This document shows, piece by piece, positions 15,683 to 24,058 of a stretch of DNA of 64,000 nt. This DNA is from Escherichia phage EC148. The notes under the pieces were generated by a model. It searched no databases, was not told the DNA's origin, and saw only the letters and a list, made by a program, of their open reading frames with translations. The DNA lies in the sequence record NC_106721.1. One strand, 5' to 3'. The position numbers and the translations under genes were made by a program. The first letter of the stretch is position 1. Every line of letters starts with the position of its first letter.

Positions 15683-18472
15683 GTGTTCTCAATCCTACAA
15701 GGTCATGCAGGATTTCATCGCGATTTAGCCACAGGCAATTGGCGAGAAGTTAAAGCAGAAGACTATCTTTTTGCTAAAAGATTTTCCTCAAAGCATCCTG
15801 AAGGTAAACCAGCCTCAATGCCCTTCAAGTTTGATGTAATTGATGAAGTTGATCCTCAAACCCTAGTAGAAATGCTTCCTCTTATGAGACGTTTAACGTC
15901 TGACCCTCATATCGTTGCGGTACGAGGTCGATGTCTTGCACCTAAAAATAATGTGCGACGTAAGAAGGGCAACTTTAATGTATCTAATCCAAGTCATATA
16001 ATTGCAATGGACGTGGATGGTATTGTAGATACAGGTGGTTGTAACAAGTTTGATCTTGTTGGCATGGCTCGACATATTATTAGGATGTTAAATAGTATTA
16101 GTGAGGATATGTTTCCTCTTGATGCAGGGTTTATCGCTCATGCATCGTCTTCGGCTGGGCTAAAACCAGGTATCCGAATGCACTTAATACTAGAATCTAA
16201 TGTTAAAGTAACTCAGGGTCAAATCAAATTCTTATTTACATCTATCAATGAAAGTAGTAGACAAAAGTACGGCTTTGATATTGCCGACTTAGCTTATTAC
16301 TCTTCCGTACAGCTCCATTATTTTGCAGATCCGTTATTTACTGATGGTATAGTAGATCCGTTTAAGGCGGAGGGTGCTTCACGTCTGGTATTTGTTAAAG
16401 GTTCTAAAGTAAATTTACCAAATAATCTGGTTGACTATGAAACAACTAGAGGTGAGTTTAAGGAGGAGTTTTACTCTTTACTCGATCAAATTAAAGGTAA
16501 AAAAGCTGCCTCTGATAAAGTAGAGGAAACTATCAGCGAACTAGAAGAAGCTGAGGATGGGGTGTACTTGCGTATTATCCCCAAACTATACCATAGAGCA
16601 TTAGAGGATGGTGTTGATTTTGCATGGCTAGAAAAAGAAATCCGTCCAGCCTTATCAGAATATATCGCAACTAAAGATAACAGTCGTAATATTCAAGATT
16701 ATTTTAATAACGGTCGTAAGCAGGCTCTGAAAGCGTTTGTTAATAATTCTAAACGCGATATACCCGATATTTTAAAAGGTATTCCACTTAAAAAGCTAGA
16801 AACTAATTCTCTAGAAACTGATAATTTCTTGAAACTAAATACTGTGCCACCAGAAGGTTATATGACTTTTGTAAAAGCGAGTTTAGGCACAGGTAAAACC
16901 ACGGCGGTTGTGCGTTGGTTAGATTCAGGAGTTATTAAAGGTAATTTTTTAGCAATTACCAATACTAGAGCACTGGTATCTTCAAATGCTAAGAAATTTA
17001 GTGCAGGACAATACGATAAGTCTGTAGATATGCTTAATTTTAAGCGTGGTGCTATTGACCGTATGTCCACAACTATTCACTCTTTGCATAAGTTCAAGAG
17101 TTTTATTGGTCAAATTGATGCAATCTTTATCGATGAATGTGATGCAGTAATGAACGACCTATTATTCGCCCCGGTTGTTAAACAACGTCGTGAATGTATT
17201 CAGGTTCTTCGGGATATTCTTGCAACTGCAAAAATCATTATATTATCTGATGGGGATATTAGTGCAGAAACAATTGAAGCATATGGTTCTTTGATTGAGT
17301 TTGATAAACCGGTTGCATTTTATAATCATCACCGTAAAATGCTATCAAAAGCTCATGCTTATGAGTTCCCTGATGAATCCAGTATTTGGGTTGCACTTCA
17401 GACTTCTCTAGAGATGGGTGAGAAATCTATCCTAGTATCTGACTGTGGGCCAGATGAACTGAATGAGAAGGGCATGGCATTGCGTCGTAATACGGGTGCG
17501 TTAGTTAAGGAAATCCACTCAAACTCTACATCTGATGTGGATATTAGACGTATTCTGGATTATACAACTAATGAGCTAATTGACCAACAAATTGATTGCT
17601 TATTATGTAGTCCATCCGTAACGAGTGGAGTTGACTTCAACTATTTTGATAACGTATTTGTTATTACTAGAACTAGTAACCAGGCGCCAAACATGCGTTT
17701 CCAAGCAATCAGGCGCGACCGTGGTGCTCAGAATATTTATTATTTTATTGATAAATCTACGAGTGGATTCTCCGCAGGTTCTGAACAATATAACATTGAT
17801 GAAGGTTGGCTGGAATTAGCACAGCAATTATACGCACGTCGTAGGGAGCTGGAGTCTAGGAACTATACTAGTACTTTACGTTATTACTTGCTTGATCAGG
17901 GTGCAACTATTGATATTTTCAGTGAAAGCTGGGGAAATATCGAAGGTGCAGGAAAAGAGTACACGGAAGAGCGAATCAAAGCCATTTTGTATTCAACTCC
18001 TGATTATTGTGCTCCACGCCATGCAGATGCGTATGAAGCTAAACTACTTCTTGTTCGCTACTATCATCTTGAGTCTATCAAAGATGTAACAGTTGAGCAT
18101 GTTGAACAATATATCAAGGATAAACCGAATGATCGAGCGGCATTCTTCCATAAGATGCACGAGATGTTCTGGGAGGATATTAAGAAGTGTTCAAATGTCA
18201 CTATCAAACCATTCATAGAAGCTCTGAAAGGTAAGAAGAAAGATTTCTTCCTTAAAACAGGTCAAAGTGCTAACCCAAAATATGCCAGAATGTATCTTGG
18301 TATGATGGGTATTGGTAAGGATATGAACACGGAGAATATTGTAGACTGGTACAGAACTTATTGTAAAATCGAGTGTATGCCAATCCCATATAAGTTTATG
18401 ACTGATGAGGAAAAACATATGCATGATGAAGCAATGGCAGAGCTAGGTGCTAGAAATGACAGTGAAGAATAA
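15683..18472 (+). CDS. large replication-initiation NTPase (T5 D2-like, origin-binding-protein/helicase type)
   Basis: Walker A SLGTGKTT and Walker B IFIDECD. Start set at GTG 15683 (AGGAG RBS 7 nt upstream) rather than TTG 15605. D2 equivalence is from position and size only. Confidence 0.6.
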   Translation: MFSILQGHAGFHRDLATGNWREVKAEDYLFAKRFSSKHPEGKPASMPFKFDVIDEVDPQTLVEMLPLMRRLTSDPHIVAVRGRCLAPKNNVRRKKGNFNVSNPSHIIAMDVDGIVDTGGCNKFDLVGMARHIIRMLNSISEDMFPLDAGFIAHASSSAGLKPGIRMHLILESNVKVTQGQIKFLFTSINESSRQKYGFDIADLAYYSSVQLHYFADPLFTDGIVDPFKAEGASRLVFVKGSKVNLPNNLVDYETTRGEFKEEFYSLLDQIKGKKAASDKVEETISELEEAEDGVYLRIIPKLYHRALEDGVDFAWLEKEIRPALSEYIATKDNSRNIQDYFNNGRKQALKAFVNNSKRDIPDILKGIPLKKLETNSLETDNFLKLNTVPPEGYMTFVKASLGTGKTTAVVRWLDSGVIKGNFLAITNTRALVSSNAKKFSAGQYDKSVDMLNFKRGAIDRMSTTIHSLHKFKSFIGQIDAIFIDECDAVMNDLLFAPVVKQRRECIQVLRDILATAKIIILSDGDISAETIEAYGSLIEFDKPVAFYNHHRKMLSKAHAYEFPDESSIWVALQTSLEMGEKSILVSDCGPDELNEKGMALRRNTGALVKEIHSNSTSDVDIRRILDYTTNELIDQQIDCLLCSPSVTSGVDFNYFDNVFVITRTSNQAPNMRFQAIRRDRGAQNIYYFIDKSTSGFSAGSEQYNIDEGWLELAQQLYARRRELESRNYTSTLRYYLLDQGATIDIFSESWGNIEGAGKEYTEERIKAILYSTPDYCAPRHADAYEAKLLLVRYYHLESIKDVTVEHVEQYIKDKPNDRAAFFHKMHEMFWEDIKKCSNVTIKPFIEALKGKKKDFFLKTGQSANPKYARMYLGMMGIGKDMNTENIVDWYRTYCKIECMPIPYKFMTDEEKHMHDEAMAELGARNDSEE

Positions 18473-18689
18473 AAAATGGGAAACAAGGAAGTTCCCAGTA
18501 AAAGAACGTAAAGTTCCTGTTTACGACACTTCGGAAAAGCTATGTAGGGTGGTACCGCATAGATTAGCTGGCATCCCTAATATATCCGAATGGTTACTTA
18601 AACAACGGAAAACAAACGTGTCTCTTCGCATCGGCTTTGAGTTAGATAAAGTCTATGCTGAACTTGCTTCTTTGCTCAAGGAATCGTAA
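18447..18689 (+). CDS. hypothetical protein (80 aa)
   Basis: ORF track; overlaps the 3' end of the D2-like gene; start uncertain (alternative ATG at 18456). Confidence 0.4.
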   Translation: MLEMTVKNKKWETRKFPVKERKVPVYDTSEKLCRVVPHRLAGIPNISEWLLKQRKTNVSLRIGFELDKVYAELASLLKES

Positions 18690-18697
18690 AAATTTAT

Positions 18698-18726
18698 TTG
18701 CATAGTGCAAAAAATTTCTGTATAAT
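18698..18726 (+). promoter_or_regulatory. PN25-like early promoter (TTGCAT-17-TATAAT)
   Basis: The -10 and following 26 nt (TATAATAGATTCATAAATTTGAGAGAGGAGTT) match phage T5 promoter N25 as I remember it. Confidence 0.8.
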
Positions 18727-18757
18727 AGATTCATAAATTTGAGAGAGGAGTTTAAAT

Positions 18758-19462
18758 ATGGCTGGTTCTCGTAGAAAGAAACATATCCATGAAATCCCGG
18801 ATGAAGTCTTTAAAAAGGTTATAGAGCATCTGGAGAACGGTGGTACCAAGAAAGCAGCATGTGAAATGCTCGGCGTATCATCCAATCCAACTATGGAAAG
18901 GATGATTGAAGAATGGCAAGACCGCCAGATTCAAGTGGCTGAAATGAAGAAAAAGAAACGTGGCACACTCATTGAAGGCATTGAGTTAGCTAACGTTATT
19001 GAACAGTATTTGTCTGGTGATTCTTTTGAAGAAATTGCCGATCGTAATTACCGCTCTGTAGCAATGGTTAAATCTGTTCTGGAACGATATGGTGCTCTGC
19101 TTCGTTTGAATGATATTGTAGATCCATTGAATCCTCCAATTATTCCTGATGATGCTGTAGCAGAAGAATTTGCAGTTGGTGAGCTTGTTTGGGTTCCTGG
19201 ATACCAGTGTATCGGTGAAATCAAAAAAGCAATGGATAACCCTGTTGGTTGTTACCGTGTATGGCTTCTATCAGAAGGCAAACAACAGAACGTTCATTAT
19301 ATGAATTACGAGCTGGCTTCTGTTAAACATCTGGAAAAGTTAGGGGTAGACGTAAAATCTCTAGGATATAAGTGGACTCGTGAAGAAATTATTACGTTGA
19401 TTAACGAAGCTGTTAAGGCTGCCCTGAAACTTGATAAAGAAAAAGGAAAACGCCGTGAGTAA
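18758..19462 (+). CDS. helix-turn-helix DNA-binding protein (234 aa)
   Basis: N-terminal HTH-like segment GGTKKAACEMLGVSSNPTMERMIEEW; driven by the PN25-like promoter. Confidence 0.6.
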   Translation: MAGSRRKKHIHEIPDEVFKKVIEHLENGGTKKAACEMLGVSSNPTMERMIEEWQDRQIQVAEMKKKKRGTLIEGIELANVIEQYLSGDSFEEIADRNYRSVAMVKSVLERYGALLRLNDIVDPLNPPIIPDDAVAEEFAVGELVWVPGYQCIGEIKKAMDNPVGCYRVWLLSEGKQQNVHYMNYELASVKHLEKLGVDVKSLGYKWTREEIITLINEAVKAALKLDKEKGKRRE

Positions 19463-19706
19463 GCTAACAGATTTGCTTAAAGATGGGGAAGTAAAAACTC
19501 TATATCGTAGAAGCTGGGATAATGACAATAATGGCTTAGTGTTACTAACTTTAGACGCTGACTCAGATGTAGTTACCCAACATACCTGGGTAGCTGGTAA
19601 TTATCCCTATAGTGAGGTTGTTACGTTAACAGTATGCGAAGCTATTGCTGACGATTGGGAGATTGCCAGCATTGATGATATGCTTGCTGTTGGCCTGGTG
19701 GAGTAA
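19455..19706 (+). CDS. hypothetical protein (about 83 aa)
   Basis: GTG at 19455 with AAGGAAA RBS; the ORF track begins at TTG 19431. Confidence 0.4.
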   Translation: MSKLTDLLKDGEVKTLYRRSWDNDNNGLVLLTLDADSDVVTQHTWVAGNYPYSEVVTLTVCEAIADDWEIASIDDMLAVGLVE

Positions 19707-19723
19707 CTACAGAAAAATTTCAG

Positions 19724-19752
19724 TTGCTTAATCCTATAATTCTTGATATAAT
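19724..19752 (+). promoter_or_regulatory. T5-type early promoter (TTGCTT-17-TATAAT, extended TG)
   Basis: Hexamers and spacing read directly. Confidence 0.65.
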
Positions 19753-19809
19753 ATTCTCATAGTTTGAAAGAACTATTCTGTTTAATTCTTAATTAAGGAA
19801 ATATAAAAT

Positions 19810-20220
19810 ATGACTACTCCAACTCAGTGGACTGATGAACTGTTCGAAAAAATGTCTTCCGAATACGTTGCTCGTATGGAGCAATTCCCAGAGGATGAAC
19901 GTCCGGGTGTTAGCATGGAAATTGTTAGCGAAATTGCTCAGGAAAATGGTGTAACTCCGAACGGTTTTCGTATGAAGTTGACCAAAGCAGGTGTATATAT
20001 CAAGAAAGCTGCTGGCTCTGCTTCTAAATCTAGTGCATCTACTGGAGAAAAAGCTTCTGGTGGTTCTCGCACTTCCAAAGCCCAAGCTCATGCCGATCTT
20101 CGTTCAGCATTCTCTGATGCTGGCCTAGCACCAGATTTTCTGGATGATGCAATTATCGACAAACTGACCGGTAAAGCGGCTGCTCATCTGGCAGAAGCAA
20201 TCCGAGCTATCACTAAGTAA
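19810..20220 (+). CDS. hypothetical protein (136 aa)
   Basis: ORF track; AAGGAAA RBS; T5-type promoter 19724-19752. Confidence 0.5.
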   Translation: MTTPTQWTDELFEKMSSEYVARMEQFPEDERPGVSMEIVSEIAQENGVTPNGFRMKLTKAGVYIKKAAGSASKSSASTGEKASGGSRTSKAQAHADLRSAFSDAGLAPDFLDDAIIDKLTGKAAAHLAEAIRAITK

Positions 20221-20256
20221 TTTTTAGATAAATCCACCAACAAAAGGAACACAGTT

Positions 20257-20553
20257 ATGACCAAAGCTGAAATTATCGCACAATGTGAAAAATTTGGTGA
20301 GTTTTATCTTCATTACGAGAAACTTCGTCAGAAAGGAACCACGTACCTTCAGGGTACGATGGAATTTGATCCAGCCCAAGATAAATATCTGGCTGAGCGT
20401 ATTAAACGTGAACGTATTCGTAAAGCGAAAGATGATGAGATCCTTGTCTTCTCTCGTACTAATGATAGCTTCCGTTTTATTCCTGTCGAGAAAGTCCGTC
20501 GTGTGACTAGCCTCCAATCAGAGTTAGATCGTGCTTCTCCAGTAGGCCGATAA
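20257..20553 (+). CDS. hypothetical protein (98 aa)
   Basis: ORF track; AAGGAA RBS; terminator downstream. Confidence 0.5.
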   Translation: MTKAEIIAQCEKFGEFYLHYEKLRQKGTTYLQGTMEFDPAQDKYLAERIKRERIRKAKDDEILVFSRTNDSFRFIPVEKVRRVTSLQSELDRASPVGR

Positions 20554-20563
20554 GAAACCAATT

Positions 20564-20587
20564 AGCCCCTATATGGGGCTTTTTGTG
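20564..20587 (+). terminator. intrinsic terminator
   Basis: AGCCCC-TATAT-GGGGCT followed by TTTTTGTG. Confidence 0.7.
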
Positions 20588-20603
20588 TATTTGGGATATG
20601 TAA

Positions 20604-20912
20604 ATGAGCGAACAGGTAAATCAAAACTATGAAGGACACGTTGATGACCAGTCCATCATACTTTGGGAGAAGGAGGGGGAACAAGTAAGATTAACAGTAT
20701 CTGAATTTCGTGGGAATCTATACATGGGTATTCGTTACTGGCTTCTTGATATTAATGATGAATGGTTTCCAACGAAATCTGGCTTCTCTTTTCCTTACAC
20801 CCTAGAAACAACATCACAGCTTTTCTATGCGTTTACACAGATTCTTAGCGAATCTGAGGTTTTACATGAAGTACAGAAACGAGCTGAAGAACTCAAAGCC
20901 AAGAATGCCTAG
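20604..20912 (+). CDS. hypothetical protein (102 aa)
   Basis: ORF track; terminator hairpin overlaps the stop codon. Confidence 0.5.
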   Translation: MSEQVNQNYEGHVDDQSIILWEKEGEQVRLTVSEFRGNLYMGIRYWLLDINDEWFPTKSGFSFPYTLETTSQLFYAFTQILSESEVLHEVQKRAEELKAKNA

Positions 20913-20929
20913 TTCTTGGCTTTTTCTTT
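20898..20929 (+). terminator. intrinsic terminator overlapping a stop codon
   Basis: GCCAAGAA-TGCCTAG-TTCTTGGC followed by TTTTTCTTT. Confidence 0.7.
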
Positions 20930-20939
20930 ATAAATGTAT

Positions 20940-20968
20940 TTGCTTTCAACTCAGTTTTGTTATATAAT
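20940..20968 (+). promoter_or_regulatory. T5-type early promoter (TTGCTT-17-TATAAT)
   Basis: Followed by ATTTATATAAATTAATGAGAGGG. Confidence 0.65.
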
Positions 20969-20998
20969 ATTTATATAAATTAATGAGAGGGTTGCAAA

Positions 20999-21271
20999 GT
21001 GAAAAAGATAAGTATAAGTACACTTAAACCTTTCCCGTACATCGGACAGCCTCTTATACTTATGTGGGAGGGGAAGATTAATGGAGAAAAGTATACTAAA
21101 ACTAGAAGTGGGTATAAGCTGATTTCACTTCATTACGAAAAAGAAGTATTAGTAGCTGAAATATACTCTCCGTTGTCAGATAGGCTAGTAAAAACTACAT
21201 ATTTGCATCTTTGCAAAAATTATACATGGCACGGATCCACTAGACAACCCACATACTATGAGGCAGAATAA
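20999..21271 (+). CDS. hypothetical protein (90 aa)
   Basis: GTG start; T5-type promoter 20940-20968. Confidence 0.45.
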   Translation: MKKISISTLKPFPYIGQPLILMWEGKINGEKYTKTRSGYKLISLHYEKEVLVAEIYSPLSDRLVKTTYLHLCKNYTWHGSTRQPTYYEAE

Positions 21272-22243
21272 ATGACCAATGTAAAAGACTTTATTAAACG
21301 TTGCCAAGAAGCATATTATCAAGGTATGTCTTTAATCTCTGATGAAGAGTATGATTGCCTGGTAAAACGCTTTCCGTTAGAAGAAGAGATCGGACCTAAG
21401 GGCGATATTCCACATCTGTATCGTATGTATTCTTTACAGAAAGTTTATTATAATCGTGGAGATAAACCTCCGTTTAACCCGTTAGGTCAAGTAGAAACTG
21501 ATAAGTTAGATGGTTGTGCAATTTCTCTGTTATATATTAATGGCGAATTTGTTCAAGCACTAACTCGTGGTAATGGTATTCTAGGGAATGATGTCACAAG
21601 CAACGTAAGATTGCTGAATATCCCTAAAAAGATTTCCCAAAAAGTACCTACTCAAATCACTGGTGAAGTTCTAATTACAAAAGAAGTAGAAAATAAACGT
21701 AACTTTGCCTCTGGTGCTATTAACCTCAAAGATAGTGATGATTTTGTACAACGTATCGGAGAAGGTGGTTTAATCTTCGTTGCATATGGTATCCAGTGTT
21801 CTGCTGAATCTGTAGGTATTACAGAAGCATATTTAAAAGATATGCTTTGGCTGGAGAATGAGAACTTCTTAACAGTTGTTAATGTGCGTTCCTTCTTTAA
21901 ATGGATTCCGACGGATGGTAAAGTTGTTCGTATTAATGACAACAACAAATTCTTCCGTGAAGGCTGGACTAATAAATTCCCTCGTGGAGCATTCGCTATT
22001 AAAGAGGATGAAGAAGGCGAGGTTACAACTCTTACTAAAGTTGAATGGCAGGTAGGGGCTTCTGGTAAAGTAACTCCAGTTGGTTATTTCGAACCGGTAA
22101 TTATTGATGATGCTACAATTGTTAAAGCGACTCTTAATAACGTTGATTATATTAACTCTCTTGATCTAGAGATCGGTTGCCAGATTCGAGTGATTCGTGC
22201 TGGTGGTGTAATCCCGTGCATAGTAGAGCGAGTATACGAGTAA
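21272..22243 (+). CDS. NAD+-dependent DNA ligase, N-terminal subunit (adenylation and OB domains)
   Basis: 323 aa; KxDG adenylation motif KLDGCA; ends before the Zn-finger region. Confidence 0.8.
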   Translation: MTNVKDFIKRCQEAYYQGMSLISDEEYDCLVKRFPLEEEIGPKGDIPHLYRMYSLQKVYYNRGDKPPFNPLGQVETDKLDGCAISLLYINGEFVQALTRGNGILGNDVTSNVRLLNIPKKISQKVPTQITGEVLITKEVENKRNFASGAINLKDSDDFVQRIGEGGLIFVAYGIQCSAESVGITEAYLKDMLWLENENFLTVVNVRSFFKWIPTDGKVVRINDNNKFFREGWTNKFPRGAFAIKEDEEGEVTTLTKVEWQVGASGKVTPVGYFEPVIIDDATIVKATLNNVDYINSLDLEIGCQIRVIRAGGVIPCIVERVYE

Positions 22244-22293
22244 TACATAACCCTTTGCTACCCATCTACCATATCGGAATTATAAAGTGGTTA

Positions 22294-22322
22294 TTGACAT
22301 TTTCGCCGCTTAGGTATATACT
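22294..22322 (+). promoter_or_regulatory. sigma70 promoter in the ligase spacer (TTGACA-17-TATACT)
   Basis: Consensus -35, 17-nt spacer, near-consensus -10. Confidence 0.6.
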
Positions 22323-22386
22323 AGTATCATTCAGTTGAGGGATAGAAAGTTATGGCGAGGGTAAGCAAAGTTAGTTAAAATTGTAG

Positions 22387-22415
22387 TTGCTAAATGCTTA
22401 AATACTTGCTATAAT
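22387..22415 (+). promoter_or_regulatory. T5-type early promoter in the ligase spacer (TTGCTA-17-TATAAT)
   Basis: Followed by ATTTATATAAATTGATAAGGAAG and the ligase C-subunit start. Confidence 0.7.
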
Positions 22416-22445
22416 ATTTATATAAATTGATAAGGAAGAAATTTG

Positions 22446-23216
22446 ATGAAAATCGAAATTCCAACACAATGTCCCTCTTGTGGTTCTAAGCTAGATCTTG
22501 TCAACGGACAATTATTTTGTCGGAATAAGTCCAACTGTCCAGCGCAATCAAGTAAGTTAATTGAGAACTTCTGTACAAAAATGAAGTTAAAGGGTTTTGG
22601 TCCAAAAACTATTGAGAAGCTGGAGCTGACGAAGATTTCAGAACTATTTTACCTAACCGAAGAAGATTTGGTTAGAGCCGTGGGTAGCAAGGTTGCCGCT
22701 AAGTTAATTAGCGAATTAAATACTAAAGTTCGCGGAGACATTGACTTTGGTTCAGTTCTCGGTTCTTTAGGAATCCCTCTAATTGGAGAGGTTGCAGCAA
22801 AGAAATTATCCCAAAATTGCACTAGCTTCCACGATGTGAAGGCTGACGGCAAGGCTGGAGAAAATTATAAAGCCTGGCTAAATTCCCCACAAGGCAAGGA
22901 TGTTATCGAATTACCGTGGAAATTCTCAACTGGTGCTAAAGCTAAAACCGTCGTTACTGATGATTTAGTTGCCCAGCCAAATGGAATCGCGGTATGTATT
23001 ACCGGATCTTTGCAAGACTTTGCAAATCGAACGGATGCAACAAACTATTTAGAAGGTCTAGGATATACGGTTAAGAAATCTGTTACCAAAGACGTCAAAT
23101 ACCTAATCTGTGAGGATGAATCGAAGCGTTCTTCCTCATCTTATAAGAAAGCCGAAACGAATGGGATAGAAATCCTGTCGATTAAAGAACTATTGGAGAA
23201 AAATAATAATGTCTAA
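22446..23216 (+). CDS. NAD+-dependent DNA ligase, C-terminal subunit (Zn finger, HhH, BRCT-like)
   Basis: Cys4 Zn finger CPSCGSKLDLVNGQLFCRNKSNCPAQ at the N-terminus; ATG at 22446 with AAGGAAG RBS. Confidence 0.8.
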   Translation: MKIEIPTQCPSCGSKLDLVNGQLFCRNKSNCPAQSSKLIENFCTKMKLKGFGPKTIEKLELTKISELFYLTEEDLVRAVGSKVAAKLISELNTKVRGDIDFGSVLGSLGIPLIGEVAAKKLSQNCTSFHDVKADGKAGENYKAWLNSPQGKDVIELPWKFSTGAKAKTVVTDDLVAQPNGIAVCITGSLQDFANRTDATNYLEGLGYTVKKSVTKDVKYLICEDESKRSSSSYKKAETNGIEILSIKELLEKNNNV

Positions 23217-23976
23217 ACTGAACTGGAACGTAGAAGGTGTAACCGAGTCTCTGAAAGCAAAAGCCACTGCTCTGGGTGTTTCTGTAATCTCTCAAGAACA
23301 AGTAGCCGCTATCGCCGCTGAACTGGCTGCTGAAACTGGCAAAGATGTTACCGCCCGCTCTGTTGGCTCTAAACTGCGTAAAGAAGGTTTTGAAGTACAG
23401 AAAGCTAACGAAGTACAGAAATCCCCGTGGACTCCTGAGCAGGAAGCTGAACTGGTTGATTTCCTGAACGCTCATGCTGGTCAGTATACCTATGCTGAAA
23501 TCGCTGCTGCTGTAGCTGGTGGTCAGTTCGGTGCTAAGCAGGTACAGGGTAAGATTCTGAGCCTGGAAATGACCGCTTCTGTTAAACCAACTGAAAAAGC
23601 TGCTGCTGTTCGTTCCTTTACTCCGGATGAAGAAACTGATTTTGTTAATCAGGTTGTTGCTGGTGCTACTATTGAAGCTATCGCTGCTCACTTCGGTCGC
23701 AATATTAAGCAGATCCGTGGTAAAGCTCTGAGTCTGCTTCGTGAAGGTCGTATCGCTGCTATGCCGGTACAGGAAACCTCAAGTGCTAAAACTCGTGAAG
23801 ATCTGTTAGAAGGTCTGGATCTGGTTAACATGACTGTTGCTGAGATCGCTGAGAAAACTGGTAAATCTGAGCGCGGTGTTAAATCTATGCTGTCTCGTCG
23901 TGGTCTGGTTGCTAAGGACTATGATGGTGCCGCTAAGCGTGCTAAACTGGATGCAAAAGCTGCGGCTGCTGAATAA
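23209..23976 (+). CDS. abundant repeat-containing DNA-binding protein (possibly T5 D5-like)
   Basis: 255 aa; host-optimal codons throughout; four internal ~55-aa repeats with an HTH-like core; strong terminator downstream. D5 equivalence is positional inference. Confidence 0.45.
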   Translation: MSKLNWNVEGVTESLKAKATALGVSVISQEQVAAIAAELAAETGKDVTARSVGSKLRKEGFEVQKANEVQKSPWTPEQEAELVDFLNAHAGQYTYAEIAAAVAGGQFGAKQVQGKILSLEMTASVKPTEKAAAVRSFTPDEETDFVNQVVAGATIEAIAAHFGRNIKQIRGKALSLLREGRIAAMPVQETSSAKTREDLLEGLDLVNMTVAEIAEKTGKSERGVKSMLSRRGLVAKDYDGAAKRAKLDAKAAAAE

Positions 23977-23994
23977 TCTGGTAAATTAAACCTA

Positions 23995-24025
23995 AGGGGA
24001 GGGGGCTATGCTCCTTCCCCTTTTT
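23995..24025 (+). terminator. intrinsic terminator after the D5-like gene
   Basis: G-rich stem pairing with CCTTCCCC (one bulge), then TTTTT. Confidence 0.65.
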
Positions 24026-24058
24026 GCATTTAGAAGGCACGAAAGCGTGCAAAGGAGA

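Noticed and set aside
23182-23691. 169-aa minus-strand ORF antisense to the D5-like gene
   Set aside because: The sense strand shows strong codon optimisation and a coherent repeat protein; the antisense ORF is Ser/Phe-rich and artefactual.
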